Source: Nageia nagi (lineage: Eukaryota; Plantae; Pinophyta). Taken from it: a stretch of 64,000 nt of DNA. The notes beneath the pieces are model-generated. The model saw only the letters and a program-made list of their open reading frames with translations, had not been told where the DNA came from and searched no databases. Shown piece by piece: positions 51,651-64,000 of this stretch (position 1 is the stretch's first letter; each line of letters starts with the position of its first letter). The stretch is from positions 158,720,001 to 158,784,000 of the forward strand of contig JBITNC010000001.1 in NCBI GenBank assembly GCA_050084985.1, written 5' to 3'. Made by a program: the position numbers and the translations under genes.

Positions 51651-52868
51651 ATGCAAAAAATTACAGGGCATAATAATTATTCGGAAACACTATATATATA
51701 TATATATATATATGTAAAACAATACCTAGTACACTTATGCATTTGTACAAATTACCTCTCCTCTCTTCTCCTTTCCTCTCTTATCCTCTACCCACTCACT
51801 TCTATAATCTCAACAAACTCAAAATTCCCAATAGGATTGTCAATTTTTTACATGTTTGCTACAATAGTCACATTAGGTTTTGGGCTCCATGTTTGGACAT
51901 GTATGACTATGCAATATAGATGGAACATAAACACAAATATAAGTATGAAAAAATTTAAATATGCTCTATAATTATTCTCAAATTATCAATAATACTCATA
52001 TGATTAAGAATTAGTAATTATACAATTATGTTCAAATGATTCAAATATGCTCTACAATTTCAATTATGCTCAAATGATTCAAATTCACTCTACAATTTCA
52101 ATTATTCATAAATGATTTAAATATGATCTATAATTATACTACATGTTATTAACTTATTTTTAAAAATATTTTCATATAGGCCAAGCAATGAAGTAGCTTG
52201 CAATATGTTCCATTATTTTCATCTCATGATTCTATCTATACAACACAACACCTCCTTTGGTTTAATGATAGTCTAATTGTACAAGCATGAAAAAGGCAAT
52301 TTGTCACTTTTTTAGGTTGCATTTATGAACATAAAGATTATGTAATGAATACAAAATATGAACACAAAGATAAGTATATTAAGATTCAAACATTCTTTAT
52401 AGTTATACCAAAATGATAATTAATATCCTTATGATAAAAAATTACTAAATTATTCTTTCAAATATACTATATATGTTCAATTATGTTCAAACTACTAATG
52501 CAACATATTATTTACAAGCAACAACTAGACACATCCACATGTAAAGTTAAAATATGTTCTATAGTTTCATTTATGCTCAAATGACTCAAATATCCTCTAC
52601 AATAATCCTACCACAACATTTGATTTTCAAGCACCAAGTAAACATGTATGCAAAATATGGAAGATGCATGTGGCATAAATAATTTCATTCAATAGCATCC
52701 AAATAATCTCTACAATTATTCTAAAATGATTAAAATACACTCTACAATACTTCTATGACATGACATAATTTATAAAAAATAAAGATCCTATCATAATTTA
52801 TAAAAAAATTAAATTTTTGCTATAGGCTAGGCAATGAAGGTACCCTAGCATCCCCAATTTTTTTAATT

Positions 52869-52899
<31 letters not shown>

Positions 52900-55205
52900 C
52901 AAATTTTTCTCCCCATTACATGATAACAACATATTAAATTTCTAAAAACCTTTTTCCAAATTTTCATGATGTACCCCTCATCACTAGGATTTTCACTAAA
53001 CATTGTATCTTTACTAATTATGATATGATCCCTCATCAATATGCATTTCTTTATATAAAATTTTTAATTTGGTATCTCTTACAACCCCTACAAGAAAAAT
53101 TAATAGCTCTAACAAATTTACTACATAGAAAACAATACAAACTAATTCCACTATTTTAAATTTGAAATAATAATCATAATGTATTTGATGACTCTAGGTT
53201 AGTAGGTATTGACCAACATTTTGTTCTTGTAGGAATAACTTATTTTTCTATTGTAGATTATGGTTTACAATGAAGAAACATAATAATTATAAATCTACTA
53301 ATACTATTCTGCAAATAACTTATCAATATTATTAGGTTAATATGAAGAAAGTATGCATTTGATGTGAGTAAGAAGTAATCCTTAAGATCTGGTGCAATGT
53401 GTAAAGGATTGGATCAAATCTGGGATGAAGTCATATGGATATCCAATGACCTGAATCTATGCTTGACATGATTCATATATTTCACCCTAGATCAAAAAGA
53501 GTAGAAATATGGATGCTATAATTATATTCCTTGCATTTTATGCATGCAATAGTTTTTATAGTATAAAAGTATATAACAAATATAGTAAGTAACATAAGCT
53601 CAGAGCATAATGGATTCTTAGATAGGTGACATCAAGAGACAATTTTAGTGTAGTATGATGTATGGACAACAACCTATCAAAGAGATACGATAGGAAATAT
53701 CAACCTACAACTCCCCCAATAACCTGCAAGGATATAGAAAGGAGTGAAACTTGAACTTTAGCAATAGAATATTAAATTTGTAATATCAAGATATTTCTAG
53801 ATATAAAGCATGGCTAATGATATTGTATTGAACTTAGCACATGATATTGCATTGTAATAACATATTAGTCTTTATTCTTGTAACATTACTATCTATTATT
53901 TTGATATGACTTAATGTGGTTTATTAATTAATGATAAATTATTTTTAGATATCTATATTTTGCCCCTATTTGGACATGTAACAAAAAAATAATGAAATTG
54001 CATAATCCAAAGAAGAATAGAAAAGTATAAAAAAATTCAATAGTAAAGACTACTTCCCTAATATATTTCTATACATGAGTATGATATCTTCCTAGCCCCT
54101 TTTGGTCTTGATTGCCCTAATTATCCTATGGTGGGGGAATCAAGATAAAACTACATCTCTTTGCTTTAAATATTGATGATACCTTTGGTTCTACTCTCTA
54201 ATTTGGGTGAAGATGATCTATAGGAATAAAAAATATAATACATGTATAGATTACATATTTTAAAAGAATAATCAAAATAGAAGTAAATAATAAATCAATA
54301 TAATATGTTAATTTTAAACCATCACCATTATGACCAATAGTTTATTTATTTCCCCAAATCATGTGATATTGATTATGCCCCAAAGCTTTGGATTTTAAAT
54401 CATGATCATAGAAGAGTTTATAACATTTAAATTTTGAAAGAATTGAACTCATGGGAGTTCCATGGTGTTTTTGAAAAATATTGTAACTAGAATATTTATT
54501 GCATTCATAAGATAAATGTAAGTAAAATCGATAGAAAACATGAAATAAATGCTAAATTTTTGAAATATAAAGTGGCCTTACTTTCGAGGTACCTAATTTT
54601 TGATATATAAATTTATCTAAATGGTGTGAACACCTTAGATGTAGAGTTAGCATGATGTGAATGCCCTTAATTTCATAAACTTTTTAAAACTAATATTTTT
54701 GTAATCTTGTTAGCAATAATATTCTTGATAATAATTTGGTCTTAGATATAAAATTTGATATTTTCATTTTCATATGCTTATCAAGTAATAATCTTGTCAA
54801 AATATCATAGAAATTTATACTAGAGGTATGGCCTGAATGTCCCTTACCATTTATGAGCCACTACATGGATGAATATAGTAGAAATTATCTTTTTTTAAAT
54901 GATGAATACCTTGTAATATAATTTAAAGTGCATTAAAACATTGAAAGATGAAATTATAAGTGTAAATTCTTAAACTCAAAGAAGGAACAATGTTGCCCTT
55001 GGTTTTGGAAGAAAAGTAATTTTATATACCATAAAAGATAAAAATGTAAATCATTTTACCTACAGATGCTAATTACCTACTCTATGAACATAACACTTAC
55101 CTTTCTTGTTTGGTGATCCTGGAGCTGAGTTTACATGATCTAATCAGGTGATTTCCTCTATATATTTATTGATTATCGATATTTTAAGTTGCTTGATTTA
55201 TGATT

Positions 55206-55305
55206 NNNNNNNNNNNNNNNNNNNNNNNNNNNNNNNNNNNNNNNNNNNNNNNNNNNNNNNNNNNNNNNNNNNNNNNNNNNNNNNNNNNNNNNNNNNNNNN
55301 NNNNN
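55206..55305. other. Assembly gap (100 N)
   Basis: Run of exactly 100 N, a scaffold placeholder. Confidence 1.
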
Positions 55306-55429
55306 ATAAAATTGAATTTTGATGAGGCATGTTATCAAATAATTTATTGATAGAATCAATATACCTCTGTTATATACTACACTTTAATTTCAAAGAAGAT
55401 ACATAATTAACTAGTTAACTATATGGATT

Positions 55430-56140
55430 CAAAGAGAGCTAAACATAAAATCATACATAAGAATTTTAAAGATTGAGTTTTAATAAGCATCATGATAGTG
55501 GTGGAGGTATAAACATAGATTTTTGGCCAAAAAATCAACAATCATGTATAATGATTCATCTTATGAATAATACATTAAGATTCATGCATATTGTTAAGGT
55601 ATTTCCAGCTCTCATCCACTAGACTTGCATGGCTGCATGCAAGTATAATACATACAAAGGTTATGTTGTTAGGCTTGGTTCCTTTATGCTTCACAAATCA
55701 AAGAGTTTAAGGGCATCCTTGTCATAACTATGAATTGGATATCCTCTAATCATTGCATTCCATGAAACTATGTCTAGATATGCATCTTATTAAATAATTT
55801 GTGATCTTGTGTATTATTCCACATTTTACATACATGGCTATTAGAGGAATCAAAAACATAATATTCAATGAAAAATATCTTCAACTATTTTTTAATGGAT
55901 GTACGTATCTTCTTTAGGAGATCCATGGTGGAAAATACTAGAAGAATGTTGGCAAAGGTTTTAGAGTTTAGCTCTACATCTAATAAATTTATTTCTAAAA
56001 GTTTGTAGAACCAATTTTAGAAATCCCATTTTATACATATCATATGATCATTACAATCCATGGAAGTTTATTTGCATCATGCATAGTTGTAATATTCATG
56101 GAAATTTAAGGGTGGATCATCATTAATCCTTCCCACCTAC
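55430..56140 (-). pseudogene. PLS-class PPR pseudogene (C-terminal P-L-S / P2-L2-S2 region)
   Basis: Minus-strand LIAMYVKCG, VSWNAMIRGY, KDALKLF, GTKPNNITFVCIILACSHASLVDESWKYLNNM and HYT.IVDFL. Confidence 0.88.
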
Positions 56141-56184
56141 AAAATCTCTCATGCCCACATAATCTTTTCACTCCATGCCCTTTT

Positions 56185-57345
56185 TAGTGAGGTTTAGCTT
56201 TAGCACAGCAATGTTATCAGGAAAGACCCGAAGATGTTGCTTCCATGTCTCTGTCTCTAATTTCTTTAAAGAAGATTTCAAGATACATCATTTTCAAATA
56301 AATAAATGTTGACTACTTAATTTAATAAATAATTTTTTTGATCTTAATCTAAATTTAAGAATTAAAAATGTAGCATGTGTGACAGACTTCAAATTAATAT
56401 TGTAGATAATATGAGTTGCAAAAGTTTCTTGTGAGGAGAGTGTATATCTTTAAGTAAATAAAGAGAAATTTCACATAATATAAAAATATTCAAGATAAAA
56501 ATAAAAATAAAAAAAACAATACTTAAATACATGAATATATATGAAATATGAATATATATATATATATATATATATAATTTAAATTAAATTTAAAAATAAA
56601 ATGTATAACAAATTATTTAATACATTTTCATATACACAATTCATAAAAATACGCTTATAGTTTAATAGAAGTTTTATTGATTTAAATAATTTCACCAAAG
56701 GTATTTTTTTAAATAGTTTAACTATTTTTCATGTATTTTACAATTTAATATAAAGATATCCTTATAATTTTATGTAATATCAAAAATAACCTTGTAATTT
56801 TATAGTTTAATAGAAATTATCTTTATTCCATATTTAGTTGTGTATTTATTTATTTATTTTTATTTCTAAATATATTTTATATATTTCAAAAAATGTAAGG
56901 GTATTTTTGATATTATATGAAATTATAGGGGTATTTTAGATATTTTCTCTAAAATAAATAGTCAACTATGGTTTAAAGTTTGTAAGTTATTATGGACATT
57001 GATGTTATTGGATTTGATAATATATCTTAATTATTGGTTTTTGGGTGTATGGTATTTAGTCAATAATACTATAATATTATTTTTTTCAAATTTATTTCAG
57101 ATGATAAAGATTTTTTATATAAGTAGAATGCAAAGTTTTTCGAGAGGGTGGGTTGTGAGATGTGGGTTTATTGAAGCTATCATGATTGATAAAGATATCT
57201 CATCATGTTCAAGTTGTCACAAATACTTCATTAATGGATGATATCATATGGTAAATATTTGATGATCAAGTAGATTGTATTGTTATATAATCGAAAGTTT
57301 ATAGATACCAAGAATTATATGAGTTCAGGCATTAGTTTGCACATA
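56185..57345 (+). repeat. Further copy of 37165-37980 (promoter-like patch and PMD start)
   Basis: AGGTTTAGCTTTAG..GCACAGCAATGTT.TCAGGAAAGACC..AAGATGTTGCTTCCA through GATGATCAAGTAGATTGTATTGTTATATAATC. ORFs 37428 and 56999 are paralogous. Confidence 0.92.
56461..56951. mobile_element. AT-rich MITE, probably Mutator-type
   Basis: Absent from the paralog at ~37465. Ends AGAGAAAT.../...ATTTTCTCT with subterminal inverted ATTTCA(C/T)ATAATAT, flanked by AAGTAAATA / AAATAAATA (9 bp). Confidence 0.6.
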
Positions 57346-57349
57346 ATGA

Positions 57350-60300
57350 TACAATGTCATTGGTTGTGGCACAAGAGATTAGGTCACATTAATTTTGATA
57401 ATATTGCAAAGATTAGCTCAAAATAGGTTGTAAGAGATATGCTAAATTTTTCAAAACTGTATAAAAGTATATGCAACTTCTTTCAAAAAGGTAAGCATAC
57501 TTGATATTCCTTTAAAACCAAAGAGTACAACACTAGTAAGCCTTTTAAAGAACTTGTTCATATTGATCTATGTTGACCAACCAGAACATAGAGCATTAAT
57601 GTTCATAGATATTTCATGATATGTCTTGATAATTACACTAGAATGACTTGGTTAATTTTCTTAAACATAAGTTAGAAGCTCTTGATATGTTCAAGTGTTT
57701 CAAAAGCTTAATTGAAAACCAAATTGGCAAAAGGAATCAAATCTTAAGATCATATAGAGGAAGAGAGTTTATCCTAGAGGAGTTTTGTTTAATATTATGA
57801 AAAGCATGGTATTAGAATATAGTTCTTAGCTCCAAAAGCACATCAACAAAATGGTGTGGTAGAAAAGGAAAATATAACAGTGCAAGAAATGGCCAGAATT
57901 ATATTAGTAGAGGGTAAACTTGCTGATCATTTTTGGAAGGAGGTAGTGAATTTAGTAGTTTGAAAATAATATATTGTATGAGCTTTGTTTTGAAAGGAAT
58001 GCTACTATTAAACACTTCAATATTATTGGTATTAAATGCTATATTAAAAGGATTGAAGATGATATTGGAAAGTTTTAAGATACAGAAGATGAAGGTATCT
58101 TTCTTGTCTACCCATAAAAATGAAAGGCTTATAGATACTATAACAAAAGGCTTAGAAAAATAGTTGAAATTGTTGATCTAAAAGTAGATGAAGGTATAAA
58201 CTTATTAGCTAGCAATCAAGATAATTGCCCCACTTATGAGGAAATGATTAAAGGAAATGAACATGAAGAACCAAAAGAAGAACAATCACAACTAGCCATT
58301 CCCTCTACTCTAGTCACTCCAAAGACACCTTCAGGCTATATGCAAATTAATATCCTAAAGAGGATATTATAGGAGATCTTAGAATAGGTTTTCAAACTAG
58401 AAGAAGAATTGCATAAGAACAAGAGCATACATATTATTCTTTAGTATCTCACATTGAACCAAAAACTATGATGGAAGCTTATCAAGATGAATATTGGATA
58501 AAAGCTATGGAAGATGAACTCACTCATATTGAAAAGAATAATACATGGGAGCTAGTACCTAGACTTGCAAATAAAAAAGTTATTAGTACAAAATGGATCT
58601 TCAAAAATAAGTTGAATGAAGATGGTCAAGTTGTAAGGAAGAAAGCAAGATTAGTTTGTAAAGACTATGCTCATATTGAAGGAATTGATTTTGATGAAAA
58701 TTTAACACTTGTAGATAGATTAGAAGCAACTAGAATGTTTCTTACTTTAGCAGTATACAAAAATTTCAAATTATATCAAATGGATGTTAAATCAACTTTC
58801 TTGAATGATAATCTTGAGGAGGAATTTTATGTTGAGCAACCATATGGTTTTCAACTTGAAGAAGATCCAAATTTGGTTTGTAAGCTCAAGAAAGCATTAT
58901 ATGGTATAAAGCAATCACCAAGGGCATGGTATTCAAGATTATATAGCTATCTTCTTCAACAAAAATCCAAAAAAGGTATGGTTAATAACGATATTTTTTT
59001 CAAAATTGAAGATAGTCATTAAAGTGTAGTGGTTGTATATGTTGATGATATTATCTTTGGATGTTGTAAAGATAAGTTATATAAGGAGTTTGTTGCTCAA
59101 ATGCAAAGTGAATTTGAAATATCTATAAAAGGTGAGTTATCTTATTTCCTTGGTCTAAAAATTTGTCAATTAGATAAAGGAATATTTATTTCTTAGATAA
59201 AATATGTCAAGAAGATGTTGACAAAGTTTGATAAAGTAGATTGCAAACCAGTTGGTACTCCCATGAAAAGTTGATGTAATCTTAGTAGGGATGATAAGTC
59301 ACCTTCAGTTGATCAAACTTTATATAGTTCTATGATTTGAAATTTATTCTACTTAATAGCCTCAAGACCTAATATTCTTCAAGTAGTATGTATGGTTGCC
59401 AAATTTCAAGCAACTCCCAAAGAAATGCATGTGCAAGCAATCAAGAAAATGCTTAGATATCTTAAAAGCACAATGGAGTATTGTTTGTGGTATCCCAAAG
59501 GAAAAGAATTTACTTTAATTTCTTATTTAGATACTGATTGGATTGGATGTATTAATAATAGAAAAAACACAAGTGGTCATGCTTTCTACCTTGGTAACAA
59601 ACTTGTATCATGGTATAGTAAAAAGCAAGATTGAATGTCATTATCTACAACAAAAGCAAAGTATATCACAGCAACATTATATTGTATAGAGGTATTATGG
59701 ATGAAGAACACCTTGAAAGATCTAGGAATTCATTTCAATGAGCCCATTTTTGGTTTGTATGATGACAAAAGTACCATCAACATTTCAAAAAATCTAGTTA
59801 TGCACTCTAGAACTAAGCACATAGAAATCAAATATCAATTTTTGATTTGCTAAGAATAAAGTGAAGTTCAAGTTTATTCCTACTATAGAGCAAGTGGTTG
59901 ATATCTTTACCAAACCATTTCCCAAGGAAGTGTTTGAATATCTTAGACCAAAATTGGGAGTGGTCACTCTTCCTAAATATTAGGTAGTTATTGGTTGCAC
60001 ATTTTCAAGGGTACCAATTCATAGTGTTTATCTTATACTCCTATGTATGTTCTTTTATGTTTTTCAATTGTAATATGAACTTGATAATGGTGTATGGATT
60101 CAAGGGGATAAATCTAATGAGAATGACACATATAGACTATAAGGGCATTAGAATAGAGTTATACATGGATATTAGTGGCATCCTTAGTCATTGTTATTAA
60201 AGGAGGAGAAAAAATTGGTAACAAGTAATGAATAGATATGAAATAGATTAGATTCAATAGAAGTGGTATCATGAGAAGAATAGGAGTAAGCTTAGATATA

Positions 60301-62260
60301 GGTTCAAATAATACCCAGTAGCTCCTAGTACGTGTGTTACCAATACTAATAAAGGGGGATATTATTAAGCAAGCATAGAGTTTTTCATTATTATCAACAC
60401 AATACAATAGAGAATATACCATTATTTTCAACATACCATAGAAGATAATTTAAAATGATAAAGAAAATATGAAGTTTGAGAATAGCTAGTAAAATTTGAC
60501 AATACCAAATGAAGCCCAAGGTGAAGTCTGACAATGTAGAATGAAGTTTGATAATTAAGTTTGACAATGCAAAGTAATATCTAAAAAATAGGGTGAAGGT
60601 TGACAATACAATGTGAATTCCAACAATGTAGTGTGAAGGCCAACAATGCAAACTAAAGTATAATAATGCAAGGTAATGTGAAAAATGAAAGATGGAAGTG
60701 TGATCATAGGAATTTATCATAAAAAGGATTAGTCATATTTGGAGAGCTATAACTCTCAGTTTAAGCTTTAAATTGAATTTATTCCTTTTTAATGAATAGT
60801 TATCAAAATAATCTTTCCAACAAGTATATTCATGCTTAGTTTTATCAAAAATTACCCACTAAATAAAGTAATCTATTAAAATATGTTAAAAATGCTTATC
60901 ATGCATAAAAAATATTTATCTGGTATAAAAATAGTTAATTAAGTATCACAAAAATTTATCAAGGGTTAAAATAAAGGACTTATGAGGTAAAAAATGTAGA
61001 AGATAAATGAAGTGTTATTATCCAACAAGTTTTGGACATTTATGCACACTTTGTTAGGCATCAAGGAAGATTTTCATCCATAAAAGAAGATTGTTAGAAG
61101 TCAAAAGACTTAGAGGATAAATAAAGTGTGATTATCCCAACATAAAACAAATAGAGGATAAATAAACTGTGATCATCCCATAATTTTTTCTGAGCATTTA
61201 TGATTATCTTTTTCTACATTAGTTATGAAAATGACTACCAAATGCTCATTTTTTAAGAAAATGGGGTAATATGACCACTTGATTTGCATCTACCAAACAT
61301 AAACTATCTAATGGTGGAGGTTTTATTACATTTAGATATTTGTATCAAAAGTTATAAAACATCAATAAATATAATTTTCTTATGTTAATTATTTTTTAAT
61401 CAAAGTGAATAGAAAAAGAGTGGTTTGTGTATGAAATAGAAAAAGGGAATTAAGTGTACACTACAAAAATAACTAAGGAGTGATGATTATTTCAATTATG
61501 TAATTGAAAATTATGGTTGAAGATAATTAAAATAAAATAGTTAATTAGAATAGTTTTGAGTATAGCAAGTAAAAGAATGAAGTGGTTAGATAGAAGATGT
61601 TATTATTGAGGGGAATAATATGTGAAAGGTTGTTGAGTGTTGAAGGTAGAATAAGGTGACATACATGTATGCCAAGAAATAAGGGTGGATATGGAGAGAC
61701 TAATTAGATATGCAATATTATTAGTAGTATGGTAGAAAATATTTTTTGAGATAAAAAGGATACTACAAGTGCTAAATGGTTTAAAAAATAATGAGAGTAG
61801 TATTTTGGCTTTAGAAAGTGATTATGAGAATCAAATAGAGAAAACCAAGAGTGAAGTTTGATGAGCTATACCATTGAGGGTCTTTGAGATAGGTTTGATA
61901 ACTTTTTGTAAAAATTACTAATATGTTACTTTTTCAAGTTGATGCTTGGCAATAGGGGTTGATGCCCCTTGAAGTGGCCATTGTAGAACTTAGGGATTGG
62001 TGCTTCTTGCAATGGGTATTGGTAAATTAATTGTAAAGTTGATGCTTTTCAATGACTATATTTAACCATGATCCTAACATTCTTCTTTAGGATGTAGCCA
62101 CATGGTGAATATCGTTACATTTATGTTGTTTGATGCTCTTTGGTGTGCTTGTTTCATTTGGTTTCATATTTGCACTATTTTATTTCAAGTGTTGAAGATT
62201 AAATTTTAATTTATAACACTTATTCACCCCTACCTCTTAGTTGTCATTATGGGATTAACA
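57350..62260 (+). mobile_element. 5'-truncated Ty1/Copia (SIRE-like) element: GAG-pre-integrase, integrase, RT, RNase H and 3' LTR
   Basis: WLWHKRLGHINF, ELVHIDLC and QQNGVVE; RT ORF 58468-59022 (KNNTWELVPR, KARLV, YQMDVKS); VYVDDIIFG; RNase H ORFs 59392-59853; PPT AAAGGGGGAT; LTR ~60363-62260 ending ...GGGATTAACA. Confidence 0.95.
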
Positions 62261-62406
62261 TGAATTATATATCCTTAAATCTTTGTATTCCATGAAATTA
62301 TTTTTGTATTATGTTGTATCAAATAATTCTTGATCTTGTGTATTCTTTTACATTATGCTACATGGCTATTAGAGAAATCATAACCATAACATTTAATGTA
62401 AAAATA
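62261..62406 (-). pseudogene. PPR fragment (paralog of 25536-25690)
   Basis: TTCCATGAAATTAT...ATCAAATAATTCTTGATCTT...CATGGCTATTAGAGAAATCATAACCATAA is shared. Confidence 0.8.
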
Positions 62407-64000
62407 TGTAATGTACCTCCTATTTTTGATATCATTTTTCACTATTCCCAAAATCATAAACCCTAAAATTTAGACCTATTTTTTTAGTTTAAACATTTGA
62501 ATGGTCTAGGAATGGGAAGGCAATCCATATGAGCATATCAATGTTGCTAGCTAGTCAACACCCACATGGTAAGATTAGTCAAATATGAATTAGTCAATCC
62601 TTATCATAATCCTTCTGGTGTTCACTTCTCAACACTCATCTTGTTGTAATACACCACATAAGTGACCCCACCATTTTTTTTCAAGGAACTATGCAATATA
62701 TTTTGGTCACTATGTAGTGGTTTCCTACTTGGGACCTGTATCACTGCAGAATGCTTTTCTATTAGTTATTCATCTTGTTGATTAACCCTTAATTCATAGT
62801 AGCATATAATTATCTTAAGTAATCTCCCAAATGAAACATGTGAGCATCATATCCCTAAGGAATAGTCATCATACTCCTATTTTATACTACAAGTAGTATG
62901 ACTAATAATTACTCTCATCCGATAACCATAGTTTTATCAACTGCTACTCTCATCTGGCAAACCTATCGAGGGTATGAGACACTAGCCTACCATATCTATC
63001 GATTAGGCTTAGCATGGATTTCAACATCCACATCCCATATCTTAGGAGCCATGGGTTTTGTAATAATACCCTCAAATGGATCATATAGTCTAGTAAGTTT
63101 TAAACAAGGTTATAGAAATAAGTTACCCCATATTCCATCGATCCTAGAAATAATTGATCTTGGATCAATTATTAGGGTGTCTAGGTTTCATGCTTGTTTT
63201 AAACATTAAGATGTTACCTTAATCTAAAATTCATAGTAAATAAACATCTTTCATGATCAAGTAATAAATTCATCAATGTATGCAAGCAATATGCAAGAAG
63301 CTTCAAATCAAACTTATTTAGGAAGTCACTAGTAATATTCAAAAGTACTATAATTATACCATATGCATGGTGCAGTGCATGAAGTACTACTTCATAAGAA
63401 CTTCAAATACCAAAACTAATAACAAGCCTTGATTAACACTAAATTCAACTACTTCTATCAAGGATGTGCAGTGTGGACTAATCCATAGTCAAGTAATATT
63501 ATTTTTGTATTTTGTTTAACGAGTTATCCTAACAAGAGTTTTTGACTAATGAACTTTCTATATATTTTTCCTCATCATACGAGACAACCCATAAGTTCCA
63601 TCCTTATAGGCTTAGATCAATGATAAGTTTGAGATTTACTTTATTCCTCTGAAGTTCATCACCTAATTTAGGTTATCTTTAGGGATCAATCTTGAACTTC
63701 ATTCCCAGAACCAAGTATCATACTTAAGATAATTATTACATATATAAAGATTCTTTTAACATAGGAACCTTGGTATATTTCTATTCAATGACCTAAAGCA
63801 ATTGTTGTAAGAATAGGTTTGACTCAATATTTATTCTAGCCATAAATAAATTTTCTTCCTTCAATGTATGTACCACTTACTATGTGTTAATAACTTTTAT
63901 TTATTATCTATATTATATGTTATAATATACATTTGATTTAATACAAGTTAGATCTAGATACACTAAATTACCTGCTTTGACCTATTGACAAAGGATAAAG
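62407..64000. mobile_element. Probable LTR-element insertion starting TGTAATG
   Basis: Homology to the 25.7-kb PPR copy stops exactly at TGTAATGTACC, an LTR-type TG start. The other end was not identified. Confidence 0.4.

Larger units (their letters stand above)
40414..52820 (+). repeat. Segmental duplication block A' (paralog of 1-13490)
   Basis: Collinear with block A. It differs by a ~2-kb deletion inside the Gypsy and a 995-bp TIR insertion. Confidence 0.95.

Noticed and set aside
40414-52820. Large duplication as an uncollapsed haplotype or assembly artefact
   Set aside because: The copies are too diverged and carry independent insertions and deletions.

Overview
This is very AT-rich, CpG-depleted eukaryotic DNA, probably from a large plant genome. 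The PPR, Gypsy Gag and LINE peptide styles suggest a gymnosperm, which is an inference. No intact gene is visible, and most of the window is decayed transposons: Copia/SIRE, a gag-protease-only Gypsy, L1-type LINEs and MITEs. These sit in an old collinear duplication of about 37-40 kb (1-13.5k matches 40.4-52.8k; 22.2-25.7k matches 58.9-62.4k), with several PLS-class PPR pseudogene relics. The unique central block (30.3-39.6 kb) is the most interesting part. It holds a 5-exon, motor-less kinesin-14 (ATK1/KatA-type) stalk fragment with intact splice sites and one in-frame stop. Directly upstream is a young inverted repeat with ~1.8-kb arms made of Plant Mobile Domain (PMD, MULE/MAIL-type) sequence, shaped like a Mu-killer-type hairpin locus and carrying template-switch scars. 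A 100-N gap lies at 55206-55305. All identities quoted are by-eye estimates, not computed.
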